Positions 8,525-17,770 of a DNA stretch of 64,000 nt are shown one piece after another. A program made the position numbers and the translations under genes. This stretch comes from Geobacteraceae bacterium (lineage in GTDB: Bacteria; Desulfobacterota; Desulfuromonadia; Geobacterales; Geobacteraceae). The DNA is taken from the NCBI GenBank assembly GCA_029975275.1, contig JARKPN010000166.1:40509-104508 (forward strand), in the 5' to 3' direction. The stretch's first letter is position 1. Each line of letters starts with the position of its first letter. The notes beneath the pieces were generated by a model, which did no database searches, had not been told where the DNA came from, and worked only from the letters and a program-made list of their open reading frames with translations.

Positions 8525-10522
8525 TTAGACGCACTCAACCGCCGACTCCCGTACATTGATATTCTGAATCGTATTTTCCCCGCCAATCGGAGTTGTCGCA
8601 GGGGGGCTCCCTTTCTCCGTGTCAAGCCAGGGTGGGACCGGGCAGCCCACGGCATCGGCTATGGCCCTGAACAACTCTATTTCCGACGCAGTCACCTTGC
8701 CGTCCTGGATCAGGCATTCCAGGCAGGCGGCCAGGAGCCTTCGCTTGATCGGTAGGCTGGCGCTATCCAGCACACGCAATGCCTGTTCAAGAGGGGCAGG
8801 CCCGCATTCGGTTGCCGGAACAAAGGTTATCTCCGTCTTTTGCTCGTTGAGCAGCCTGGCGCCCCGGTCGAACGCCTGTCGGGCCGTGTCCTCGTCGCGC
8901 TGTCCCACCCGGGCCATGGCGGTCAGGACGATGGAGCACTGTTGCTGCACGCCGCGTACGGCATAGATCTGCGCCGGACGCGGCTGCCGCGGATTGAAGT
9001 GGGGCTCCAGGTGGCGTGTGAGCAGGTAGCGGAGCATGAATTCGAACAGGCTGATCCTGTTGTCGGCGGCGCTCAGGCGGGCTACGGTGTCCCTGAGCCG
9101 CAGGAACTGCTCGCGGCTCAGTGCCCGGAGCGCCGGGAGGGACAGGTCAAGCAGCGGAAGGTACGCCGCCGTCGCGAGCGACTCGATGGCGGGGTAAAGC
9201 CCCCGGACCTCGGCGGCAACCGCTGGAATCCAGAGAGATTCCACGGTTTCCAGCTGCCTTGCCCGGATTGCGGGGTCACGATCCAGCAGCAGGCCGCATA
9301 CCAGGGCACAGGCGCCCAGCGGGCAGCCCGTCGCGGAACGGAGTGGTCCGGGCAGGCCCGACATGAGGCGCCGGGCGTGGTCGATATGTTCCTGTACCGG
9401 CTCCCCCACCTGCTCCAGCAGCGCGATGGCGGCAGCTCCCGAAAGGGGCGCCGCCTGCCCGGGACGGACCGGCTCAGGTCTCGCGGTGGTGTCAAGGCCG
9501 GAGGGCGGAGGTTCGGGCAGGGGGAGAACTACCGGAAATATCCCGTTGAAACGCGGTTCGAGGCGGCGGACGCGCTCGGTCAACGGAGGATGGGTGTCGA
9601 GGGCGTGGAGCCACGCCTCCTCAAGGCCGTTGCAGAAATAGAGGTGGCTCAGCTCGTCGGCCCTGGGATGGTCCAGCCGGGAGCCGGACACCAGTCCGCC
9701 GATCTTCTTCAGAGCGCCGGCGAGACCGCCGGGGTTACGGGTGAACTGGACCGCCAAGGCGTCCCCAAGGTACTCTCGCTGGCGGGAGACCGCACACTTG
9801 ATCAACCGGCCGAAAAAGTAGCCGATGTAACCGATCACATAGAGTCCGAAGGCGGCCAGGATCGCGAGGCCGGCGCTTCTTCCCCTGACCCCGCGCATTC
9901 CCTTGAGCACCGCCTTCCCGGCCAGACCCAGCAGCAGGATACCGTGCAGCCAGCCAAGGAGGCGCAGGTTGAGCGCCATGTCGCCGTTCAGGATGTGGCT
10001 GAACTCGTGGGCCACCACCCCCTGCAGCTCGTCGCGGTCCAGGAGCTCCAGCGCACCGCGGGTCACGCAGATCACGGCATCGTCCACCCCGTGGCCGGCG
10101 GCGAAGGCGTTGATGCCGCGTTCCCGGGCCAGGAGGTAGATATCCGGCACCGGCATCCCCGAGGCGATGGCCATCTCCTCCACCACGTTGCGCAGCAGCT
10201 TCTCGCGCGGGTCGCCGGTCTGGGGCGCCACCGGCCGTCCTCCCAGCAGGACCGCTATTTTGCCTCCACCTGCGCGCAGCTCGTTGATCTTCCAGAACGA
10301 GCCGGCAAGGATAGCCAGGGACGTGCCGCCGAAGGTCCAGAGAAACAGGCGGGGATGCCAGAGCTCCGGTTGCACGGCCGTCCGGTTGAAAAACAGGAGA
10401 TAGGAGAGCAGCGCCGCTCCATAGACCGCCAGGGCCACCCCGATCACGGCAAGGGTGAACAGCACCAGCAGCCGGAAGCTCTGGCGGCGGGCATGCTCCT
10501 GATGGACAAAAAAGTTGTTCAT
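8525..10522 (-). CDS. M48-family (HtpX-like) zinc metalloprotease with a long C-terminal extension
   Basis: HEFSHILNGD is an HExxH motif and N-terminal TM helices are present. The start is taken at MNNFFVHQEH (10522), just downstream of lemA. The C-terminal end (GKVTASEIELFRAIADAVG) looks TerB/DjlA-N-like. Confidence 0.8.
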   Translation of the reverse strand: MNNFFVHQEHARRQSFRLLVLFTLAVIGVALAVYGAALLSYLLFFNRTAVQPELWHPRLFLWTFGGTSLAILAGSFWKINELRAGGGKIAVLLGGRPVAPQTGDPREKLLRNVVEEMAIASGMPVPDIYLLARERGINAFAAGHGVDDAVICVTRGALELLDRDELQGVVAHEFSHILNGDMALNLRLLGWLHGILLLGLAGKAVLKGMRGVRGRSAGLAILAAFGLYVIGYIGYFFGRLIKCAVSRQREYLGDALAVQFTRNPGGLAGALKKIGGLVSGSRLDHPRADELSHLYFCNGLEEAWLHALDTHPPLTERVRRLEPRFNGIFPVVLPLPEPPPSGLDTTARPEPVRPGQAAPLSGAAAIALLEQVGEPVQEHIDHARRLMSGLPGPLRSATGCPLGACALVCGLLLDRDPAIRARQLETVESLWIPAVAAEVRGLYPAIESLATAAYLPLLDLSLPALRALSREQFLRLRDTVARLSAADNRISLFEFMLRYLLTRHLEPHFNPRQPRPAQIYAVRGVQQQCSIVLTAMARVGQRDEDTARQAFDRGARLLNEQKTEITFVPATECGPAPLEQALRVLDSASLPIKRRLLAACLECLIQDGKVTASEIELFRAIADAVGCPVPPWLDTEKGSPPATTPIGGENTIQNINVRESAVECV

Positions 10523-10536
10523 GGGGCGGACGGGGG

Positions 10537-11136
10537 TCAGGAGAAGGAGACGCGGGGAGCGGTACGCTCGGCGTTCTCTATCTCCAGCAGGGTCGCGGGG
10601 GTGAAGGCGAACGCGCCGGCGACCAACACCCCAGGGAAGACCTCGCATGCGGTGTTGTAGGACATGACCGCGTCGTTGAATGCCTGGCGGGCAAAGGCCA
10701 CCCGGTTCTCGGTGGAGGTGAGCTCTTCACTGAGCTGCATCATGTTCTGGTTGGCCTTCAGGTCCGGGTATGCCTCGGCCAGGGCGAACAGCCTGCCGAG
10801 CGCCCCGGTCAGGGCGCCTTCCGCCCCGGAGAGGGCCGTGATTGCCTGGGCGTTGCCCGGCTCGACCGCGGCCAGCCTGGCTGCGCCGGCCGCCTGGTTG
10901 CGTGCCGCGATAACCGCCTCCAGCGCCTCGCGCTCATGCTTCATGTAGGCCTTGGCGGTTTCCACCAGGTTGGGGATCAGGTCGTAGCGCCGCTTGAGCT
11001 GGACGTCGATCTGGGCAAACGCGTTCTTGAACTGGTTGCGCAACGCCACCAGGCGGTTGTAGATGCCGATCAGATACAGAACGATCAGAACCGCGCCGAC
11101 CACCATCACTAACAGAAATACAGCTGCGATGCCCAT
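10537..11136 (-). CDS. lemA: LemA-family membrane protein
   Basis: MGIAAVFLLVMVVGAVLIVLYLIGIYNRLVALRNQFKNAFAQIDVQLKRRYDLIPNLVETAK is the canonical LemA N-terminus. A strong RBS (aaggaggga) precedes the ATG at 11136. Confidence 0.88.
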   Translation of the reverse strand: MGIAAVFLLVMVVGAVLIVLYLIGIYNRLVALRNQFKNAFAQIDVQLKRRYDLIPNLVETAKAYMKHEREALEAVIAARNQAAGAARLAAVEPGNAQAITALSGAEGALTGALGRLFALAEAYPDLKANQNMMQLSEELTSTENRVAFARQAFNDAVMSYNTACEVFPGVLVAGAFAFTPATLLEIENAERTAPRVSFS

Positions 11137-11297
11137 TTCATTCCCTCCTTGAAACACCCGGCGAGGTCTCCCATGCCGGGGAGTTTGGTGTTTGGGGCAG
11201 ATGCCGCCAGCTAAAGAAGCTGTTTGGGTTGAATGGGATACTATAATAGAAGATTAATTGAGGCAACCACTTTTAGTTTCCGTCCGGAAAGTGCCTT

Positions 11298-11327
11298 TTG
11301 ACAAAAATGCCCATATTGTCATATCAT
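11298..11327 (+). promoter_or_regulatory. Candidate sigma-70 promoter for the ALDH gene
   Basis: TTGACA (11298-11303), an 18-nt spacer, then TATCAT (11322-11327). It lies about 45 nt upstream of the ATG at 11372. Confidence 0.4.
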
Positions 11328-11371
11328 TACACGCTTACCACCCACGAATGACACAATCCAGGAGAACCGAG

Positions 11372-12991
11372 ATGAGAGACACCATCGAAAGCCTCTTTCC
11401 CCGCGAAGGAGAGATACCCGCCAACGACCGTATTGCTTCCCTGATCCGCCAGGACTGTTACCTGGTCAACGGCGAGATGCGGCGCTGGAACGGCCCGATG
11501 AGGGAGGTGTTGTCGCCGGTCTGGGTGAAGAACGGTTCGGGTCCCGCCAGGAAGGTGATCGGCGAATTCCCGCTCCTGACCGGGGAGGCGGCCCTGGAGG
11601 CCCTTTCGGTGGCGGTGCGGGCCTACGACAACGGCCGCGGCCCGTGGCCGACCATGTCGGTGGGTGAGCGGATCCGCTGCGTGCAAGATTTCACCGGGTC
11701 CCTGCTGGCACAGCGGGAGCCCATCGTCAGGCTGCTCATGTGGGAGATAGGAAAGTCCCGCCGGGAGGCGGAGCGGGAGTTCGACCGGGCAGTCGCCTAC
11801 ATACGGGAGACCGTGGAGGCCCTCAAGGAGCTGGACCGGGTCTCGTCCAGGTTCGTGATCCAGCAGGGTATCATCGGTCAGATACGCCGTGCCCCCCTCG
11901 GGGTGGTCCTCTGCATGGGGCCGTACAACTTTCCCCTTTACGAGACCTTCACCACCCTGATCCCGGCCCTGGTCATGGGAAACACCCTGGTCCTGAAACC
12001 TCCCCGCTTCGGGGTCCTGCTGTTCCGGCCGTTGCTGAAAGCGTTCCGCGAATCCTTTCCGGCCGGTGTGGTCAATACGGTCTACGGGGACGGTAAGACG
12101 GTGATAGCGCCGCTCATGGCCTCGGGAAAGGTGGACGTTCTGGCCTTCATCGGCACCAACCGGGTGGCCGACGCCCTGCGCAGGACCCATCCCCGGCCCC
12201 ACCGGCTGCGCTGCGTCATGGGACTGGACGCAAAAAACCCGGCAATCATCCTGCCGGACGCGGACCTGGACCTGGCCGCGGCCGAGTGCATCCGCGGCAG
12301 CCTTGCCTACAACGGCCAGCGCTGCACCGCCCTGAAGGTCCTGTTCGTGCACCGGAAGGTGGCTGACGCCTTCCTGGAGAGGATGGCGCAGGGGATAGCC
12401 GCTTTGAAGTGCGGCATGCCGTGGGAGGAGGGGGTCACCATCACTCCCTTGCCGGAGCCGGAGAAACCGGACTACCTGTCCGGCCTGGTGGGGGACGCCC
12501 TGGAGCAGGGCGCCAGGGTCGTCAACCAGGGGGGAGGGACCGCGGTCAACTCGTTCTTCTACCCGGCCCTGGTCTACCCGGTTACCCCGGAGATGCGCCT
12601 CTACAGCGAGGAGCAGTTCGGGCCCGTCATTCCTGTGGTCCCATACGACGACATCAGCGTTCCGGTAAACTACGTGGTCAACTCCAACTACGGTCAGCAG
12701 GCGAGCATTTTCGGGCGCGATTCGGACCTGATGGCACAGCTGGTCGATTCCCTGGTCAACCAGGTGTGCCGCATCAACATCAACAGCCAGTGCCAGCGCA
12801 GCCCTGACACGTTTCCCTTCAACGGCAGGAAGGATTCGGCCGAAGGTACCCAGTCGGTTTCCGACGCGCTCCGGATCTTCTCGATCCGTATCGTGGTCTC
12901 GGCCCGGGAAACCGAGGAGAACCGGGAAATCATCACCAATATCGTCAGGGAGAGGAAATCCCACTTCCTGTCCACGGATTTCATCCTGTAG
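11372..12991 (+). CDS. Aldehyde dehydrogenase superfamily protein, GapN-like (non-phosphorylating GAPDH clade)
   Basis: The start is at MRDTIESLFP, preceded by an AGGAGA RBS. The catalytic Cys motif YNGQRCTALK and the C-terminal QRSPDTFPFNGRKDSAEG resemble GapN. The ELGGK general-base motif reads GLDAK here. Confidence 0.75.
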   Translation: MRDTIESLFPREGEIPANDRIASLIRQDCYLVNGEMRRWNGPMREVLSPVWVKNGSGPARKVIGEFPLLTGEAALEALSVAVRAYDNGRGPWPTMSVGERIRCVQDFTGSLLAQREPIVRLLMWEIGKSRREAEREFDRAVAYIRETVEALKELDRVSSRFVIQQGIIGQIRRAPLGVVLCMGPYNFPLYETFTTLIPALVMGNTLVLKPPRFGVLLFRPLLKAFRESFPAGVVNTVYGDGKTVIAPLMASGKVDVLAFIGTNRVADALRRTHPRPHRLRCVMGLDAKNPAIILPDADLDLAAAECIRGSLAYNGQRCTALKVLFVHRKVADAFLERMAQGIAALKCGMPWEEGVTITPLPEPEKPDYLSGLVGDALEQGARVVNQGGGTAVNSFFYPALVYPVTPEMRLYSEEQFGPVIPVVPYDDISVPVNYVVNSNYGQQASIFGRDSDLMAQLVDSLVNQVCRININSQCQRSPDTFPFNGRKDSAEGTQSVSDALRIFSIRIVVSARETEENREIITNIVRERKSHFLSTDFIL

Positions 12992-13231
12992 CAAAGGCTG
13001 CCGAGCAGCACCCTTTGTTATCGACTCAAGGCCCTTTTCCTGGATACGTTGATGACCTGCCGGTCCTTGCGCGACCTGGACGATCCGGAAACAAATTTCG
13101 AATTTTTTCTCAATGAGTTTCAGGTAATCGGCGGTGGTGCCGCTGCAGCCGCCTGCTTTTCCTTGAATTCCTGCCTCCATGCCGCTATACTGGCACCCGT
13201 TTTACATGAGCGTCCACAATATGGGGTTATC

Positions 13232-14389
13232 ATGAATATCCACGAATACCAGGCCAAGGAAATCCTCCGTTCCTTCGGCATACCGGTGCCGCAGGGGCGA
13301 GTCGCCTTCAGGGAGGCACAGGTGGAACGTGCGGCCAGGGAGCTGGGCGGACGGTGCGTGGTCAAGGCCCAGATATACGCAGGCGGTCGGGGCAAGGCGG
13401 GCGGGGTGCGTCTCGTCGCCACTCCCGAGGAGGCCGTCCAGACGGCGAAAAACCTGTTCGGCAAGACCCTGGTGACCCCCCAGACCGGTCCCGAGGGGCT
13501 GATCGTGCGCCGCATCCTGGTGGAGGAGGCGGTGGAGGTTTCCCGGGAATTCTACCTCTCCCTCACCCTGGACCGCCAGACCTCCCGCTACTGCATCATC
13601 GCTTCGGCCGAGGGGGGTATGGAGATAGAGGCCATTGCCGAGAAATCGCCCGAGAAGATCCATCTGCTGACCATCGATCCGTTCGTCGGCCTGCGCACCT
13701 ACCAGGCTCGGAAGCTGGCCTTGGCTTTGGGGATGCGGGGGAACGTCTGCGAAGAATGCGTGACGCTCATCATGAATCTCTACCGCTGCTGCCTGGAAAA
13801 GGACTGTTCCCTGGTGGAGATCAATCCGCTGGTGGTCACCGGCTCCGATTGGCTGCTGGCCATGGACGCCAAGATGAATCTCGACGACAATGCCCTGTTC
13901 CGTCACCCCGAGTACCAGGAGATGACCGACCTGTCCCAGATCGACCCGCTGGAGATAACTGCGGGCGAGTTCGATCTCTCCTACATCAAGCTGAAGGGGA
14001 GCATCGGCTGTATGGTGAACGGTGCGGGGCTTGCCATGGCAACACTGGACATGCTCTCGGAATACGGGGGGGAGCCGGCCAACTTTCTGGACGTGGGGGG
14101 CGGCGCCGGCAGGGACCGGGTGGCCGCGGCCTTCAGGATCATTTTGGATGATCCGGCCGTGAAAGGGGTGTTCGTCAACATTTTCGGAGGCATCATGCGC
14201 TGTGACGTGATCGCCGAGGGGATCATTCAGGCCGCGTCCGATACCGGCTGTCACCTCCCCATCGTGGTCAGGATGGACGGCACCCTGGTTGAGGAGGGAA
14301 AGCGTCTGCTCCATGAATCGGGTCTGAATGTGAGGTTCACCCATGATTTGACGGAAGGGGTACAGGCAATCGTGGGGATGGTTCGCTAA
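13232..14389 (+). CDS. sucC: Succinyl-CoA synthetase beta subunit
   Basis: [22 protein letters not shown]...[17 protein letters not shown] is the canonical ATP-grasp SucC N-terminus, and sucD follows. Confidence 0.93.
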   Translation: MNIHEYQAKEILRSFGIPVPQGRVAFREAQVERAARELGGRCVVKAQIYAGGRGKAGGVRLVATPEEAVQTAKNLFGKTLVTPQTGPEGLIVRRILVEEAVEVSREFYLSLTLDRQTSRYCIIASAEGGMEIEAIAEKSPEKIHLLTIDPFVGLRTYQARKLALALGMRGNVCEECVTLIMNLYRCCLEKDCSLVEINPLVVTGSDWLLAMDAKMNLDDNALFRHPEYQEMTDLSQIDPLEITAGEFDLSYIKLKGSIGCMVNGAGLAMATLDMLSEYGGEPANFLDVGGGAGRDRVAAAFRIILDDPAVKGVFVNIFGGIMRCDVIAEGIIQAASDTGCHLPIVVRMDGTLVEEGKRLLHESGLNVRFTHDLTEGVQAIVGMVR

Positions 14390-14432
14390 GAGGTACTAAC
14401 AGCACTATGAATGCATGGAGCATAATTGAACA

Positions 14433-15317
14433 ATGTCCATTCTTGTTAATAGAAACTCCAAGGTAGTCGTCCAGGGGATCACCGGCAGAGCCGGTCTGTT
14501 CCACACCCGGCAGTGCCGCGACTACGGCACGAACATCGTGGCCGGCGTCACCCCCGGCAAGGGTGGCGGCGTGATCGAGGGGATCCCGGTGTTCGATACG
14601 GTGGAGGAGGCGGTCCGCGCGACCGGCGCCGACGTCTCCATGATCTTCGTGCCGCCGGCAGGGGCTGCGGATGCGCTGCTGGAGGCGGCTGCGGCCGGGG
14701 TGGGACTGGCCGTCTGCATCACCGAGGGGATCCCGGTGCGGGACATGGTTCTGGCCAAACGGGCGCTCCAGGAGAGTGCCACGATCATGATCGGACCAAA
14801 CTGTCCGGGCATTATCACCCCGGGCGAGTGCAAGGTCGGTATCATGCCGGGAGACATACACCTGAAGGGAAGGATAGGGGTGGTCTCCCGCAGCGGCACC
14901 CTCACCTACGAGGCGGTCAAGCAGCTGACCGTCATGGGACTCGGCCAGTCTACCTGCATCGGCATCGGCGGCGACCCCATCATCGGGCTGAACTTCATCG
15001 ACGCCCTCAGGATGTTCAACGAGGACCCTGAGACCGAAGGGGTCTGCCTCATCGGAGAGATCGGCGGCGGAGCGGAAGAGGAGGCGGCCCTCTGGATCCG
15101 GAACAATATGAACAAGCCGGTGACCGCCTTCATAGCCGGCCGCACGGCGCCTCCGGGGAAGCGCATGGGGCACGCCGGCGCCATCGTCAGCGGCGGCAAG
15201 GGGCGGGCCGAGGACAAGATCCGTGCCCTCCAGGAATGCGGAATCCCGGTGGCCGCGAGCCCGGCGCGCATGGGAGAGACCATGGCGGGGGCCATAAAAA
15301 AAGTAGCGCGACGATGA
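14433..15317 (+). CDS. sucD: Succinyl-CoA synthetase alpha subunit
   Basis: [17 protein letters not shown]..., SRSGTLTYE and the phosphohistidine loop [13 protein letters not shown] are all present. Confidence 0.95.
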   Translation: MSILVNRNSKVVVQGITGRAGLFHTRQCRDYGTNIVAGVTPGKGGGVIEGIPVFDTVEEAVRATGADVSMIFVPPAGAADALLEAAAAGVGLAVCITEGIPVRDMVLAKRALQESATIMIGPNCPGIITPGECKVGIMPGDIHLKGRIGVVSRSGTLTYEAVKQLTVMGLGQSTCIGIGGDPIIGLNFIDALRMFNEDPETEGVCLIGEIGGGAEEEAALWIRNNMNKPVTAFIAGRTAPPGKRMGHAGAIVSGGKGRAEDKIRALQECGIPVAASPARMGETMAGAIKKVARR

Positions 15318-15405
15318 AAATACCTTGCTTTTGTCGCTATCGGTTTTTATACTTCAACCTGAACTGGGTGGTGCCCCAGGGCAGCGCCGGAAGGGAGGCG
15401 ACATA

Positions 15406-15795
15406 ATGGAGTTTGTTGTTTTCTTGTGGGGCGTGATTGCGGCGACACTGCTGGTTGTGGCTGTTTTTCATATCCGTACCATGATAGAGATACGCAGGAC
15501 GGTCACAACCGCCAGAGAATGCCTGATCAGGCTCGATGCCGAGTTGTCGCCGACCATCAGGGAGGCGCGGGAGGTCGTGGAAGGCCTGAAGGTCACGGTC
15601 GGGGGGGTGGCCTCCCGGGTGGAAGACCTCAAGTCGGCCATGGAGTCCGTTGGCGATACCGGGAGAAGCATAAGCAGGATCAATTGCGCGGTCGGTGAGG
15701 TGGCTGATTTCATTTCACGTGTGTCGCTGTTCTCCACCGGCATCAAGGCCGCGGCGAGCTACGTGGTAAGCAGAATCTCTAGGAGAAGGGGGTAA
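15406..15795 (+). CDS. DUF948-like membrane-anchored coiled-coil protein
   Basis: The start is at MEFVVFLWGV, preceded by a GGGAGG RBS. A single N-terminal TM helix is followed by long helices, and the gene is paired with a YtxH-like gene as in many genomes. Confidence 0.6.
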   Translation: MEFVVFLWGVIAATLLVVAVFHIRTMIEIRRTVTTARECLIRLDAELSPTIREAREVVEGLKVTVGGVASRVEDLKSAMESVGDTGRSISRINCAVGEVADFISRVSLFSTGIKAAASYVVSRISRRRG

Positions 15796-16125
15796 TTGTA
15801 TATGGCGAACGATGATAGAGGAACGAGTTTGGCGGCGGTGGTGGTCTCATTTCTGGCAGGGGCGGCCATCGGCTCCGGTCTGGCCCTTCTTTTCGCGCCC
15901 AAGACCGGCAGGGAGGTGCGCGAGCAGATAAAGGACCTTACCGAGGACGCGGTTGACCGTATCAAGGACTACGCGCGGGATGCCCAGGAAAAGATAAAGT
16001 CCGCCTACGAGAGCGGCAGGGAAGTGGTCATTGAGAAGAAATCCATAATCAGCTCCGCCATCGAGGCCGGCAAAGAGGCCATTGAGAAAGAGAAGGAACG
16101 CCTCAGTGAGCAGGGCAAGGCGTAG
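15796..16125 (+). CDS. YtxH-domain protein
   Basis: LAGAAIGSGLALLFAPKTGREVREQIKD is the YtxH signature. The rest is helical and Lys/Glu-rich. Confidence 0.8.
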   Translation: MYMANDDRGTSLAAVVVSFLAGAAIGSGLALLFAPKTGREVREQIKDLTEDAVDRIKDYARDAQEKIKSAYESGREVVIEKKSIISSAIEAGKEAIEKEKERLSEQGKA

Positions 16126-16135
16126 CAGTTCCAAC

Positions 16136-16165
16136 AAAAAAGCCCACCCAGCGTGGGCTTTTTTG
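16136..16165 (+). terminator. Rho-independent terminator (A-tract/stem/T-tract, potentially bidirectional)
   Basis: The sequence is aaaaaaGCCCACccagcGTGGGCtttttt, immediately after the stop at 16125. Confidence 0.8.
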
Positions 16166-16214
16166 CGTCTGTTTCCCGGTCCGCCCAAGGCGGCGCCGTA
16201 ACGCGGAAAAGCTT

Positions 16215-17600
16215 ATGGGGGAAGAACAGCAAAAACAGCAAAGACGGGGCCGGGAACCGGTCGAGATGCTGTCGGATTGGTTACTGGCGCCGGTGGCGGA
16301 AGGGTGTCGGAGCGCCAAGTGTCGCATCCGTGCCCTGCTCAGGGGCGCGGCGGTCGTGTCCATGAATTTTATGGAGCACCGGTGCCTGCTGCGCGCCTCG
16401 GCCCTTTCCTTTACCACCATACTCTCCCTGGTGCCGCTGTTCGCCCTGGCCTTTGCGGTGCTCAAGGGGCTGGGCGTTCAGAACACCCTGGAACCACTCA
16501 TCCTGGAACATCTCACCGCCGGTTCCGGCGAGTTGGTGGGGAAGATTATCTCCTATATCAACAACACCAAGATGGCCTCCCTCGGTGCCATCGGGTTGGT
16601 CGCCCTGATCATTACGGTCGTCTCACTGCTGGGGAGCGTCGAGGAGACCTTCAACGAGATTTGGGGGGTGGAGGAAAACCGTTCCCTGTATCGAAGGTTC
16701 AGCGACTACCTGAGTGTGGTGGTGAGCGGACCGCTGCTGCTGCTGGCCGCGACCAGCATCACCACCAGCCTGCAGAGCCAGAGCCTTGTCCGCTGGCTCA
16801 TCTCAACCGCCTACTTCGGCGACCTGGTGCTGTTCCTGTTCCGTATCGTACCCTACCTGAGCGTCTGGCTGGCTTTGGTCTGCCTCTACCTGTTCATCCC
16901 CAATACCAGGGTGAAAATCGGCTCCGCCCTGGTGGGCGGCATCCTGGCCGGTACCGCGTGGGAAGCGGCCCAGTGGGGATACATCCACTTCCAGATCGGC
17001 GTGGCCAAGTACAATGCGGTCTACGGCACCCTGGCGGCCCTGCCGGTGTTCATGGTCTGGATCTATACCAGTTGGGTTATCGTTCTGTTTGGCGCGGTGG
17101 TGGTGGCGGCCCACCAGAACAGGCGGGTTCTCAGGCCGGACACGGGGCAGGATGGGCTGAGCTGGGCTGCACGGGAGTCCGCCTCGCTGGTCATTCTCCT
17201 GACCGTTGCGGGCTCCTTTGTCCGCGGCGAGTCTCCCAGGACACTGGAGCGGATTGCCGCGGAGCGGCGTCTTCCGGTCGGGACCACGCGCAGGCTCCTC
17301 TCCAACCTGGTGAAGGCGGGCTATCTGGTGGCCGCGGAGGGGGGGAGGAGCTACTGCCCGGCCCGCGACCCGGGGAGCATCGACATGGCTGAGCTGCTGG
17401 CGGACCTGAAGCGTCAGGGGGCCTCGTGCCCGGTCAGCGAAACCGACCCGGTGGCGCGGGTGACGCTGGATATGATTGCCCAACTGGAGGAAGGGGGGCG
17501 CGGTGCACTGCGCGGCGTTACCCTGCGGGACCTGGCGTTGCGGCTCGGGGAGGGTGCGGATCGCCGTCACACCCCGGCTGGTCCCGGCATTTCGCGGTAG
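16215..17600 (+). CDS. YihY/BrkB-family inner membrane protein with a C-terminal wHTH-like extension
   Basis: HRCLLRASALSFTTILSLVPLFALAF, YGTLAALPVFMVWIY and multiple TM helices are present. The C-terminal soluble part is RLPVGTTRRLLSNLVKAGYLV. The exact start is uncertain. Confidence 0.75.
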   Translation: MGEEQQKQQRRGREPVEMLSDWLLAPVAEGCRSAKCRIRALLRGAAVVSMNFMEHRCLLRASALSFTTILSLVPLFALAFAVLKGLGVQNTLEPLILEHLTAGSGELVGKIISYINNTKMASLGAIGLVALIITVVSLLGSVEETFNEIWGVEENRSLYRRFSDYLSVVVSGPLLLLAATSITTSLQSQSLVRWLISTAYFGDLVLFLFRIVPYLSVWLALVCLYLFIPNTRVKIGSALVGGILAGTAWEAAQWGYIHFQIGVAKYNAVYGTLAALPVFMVWIYTSWVIVLFGAVVVAAHQNRRVLRPDTGQDGLSWAARESASLVILLTVAGSFVRGESPRTLERIAAERRLPVGTTRRLLSNLVKAGYLVAAEGGRSYCPARDPGSIDMAELLADLKRQGASCPVSETDPVARVTLDMIAQLEEGGRGALRGVTLRDLALRLGEGADRRHTPAGPGISR

Positions 17601-17770
17601 CAGCCGCTGCTTCGTCCCTCGGAGAACAGCTCTCTACATGCGGCTGTCGCCGATGACCAGGTAGAATTGATGCCATGATAGGGCAGGGGCGTGCCGCGAT
17701 ACACTACCCGGCATTTCGTCTATCAGTTCTACCGTCGGATACCCATCAGACCCATGACCATCTGACGGGA

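Noticed and set aside
8840-10660. 606-aa ORF on the + strand
   Set aside because: It is entirely antisense to the M48 protease gene, which has an HExxH motif and TM helices. It is low-complexity and Arg/Gly-rich and has no recognisable motifs.
11327-13180. 617-aa ORF on the - strand
   Set aside because: It is antisense to the ALDH gene, which has unambiguous family motifs. Its composition is artefactual.
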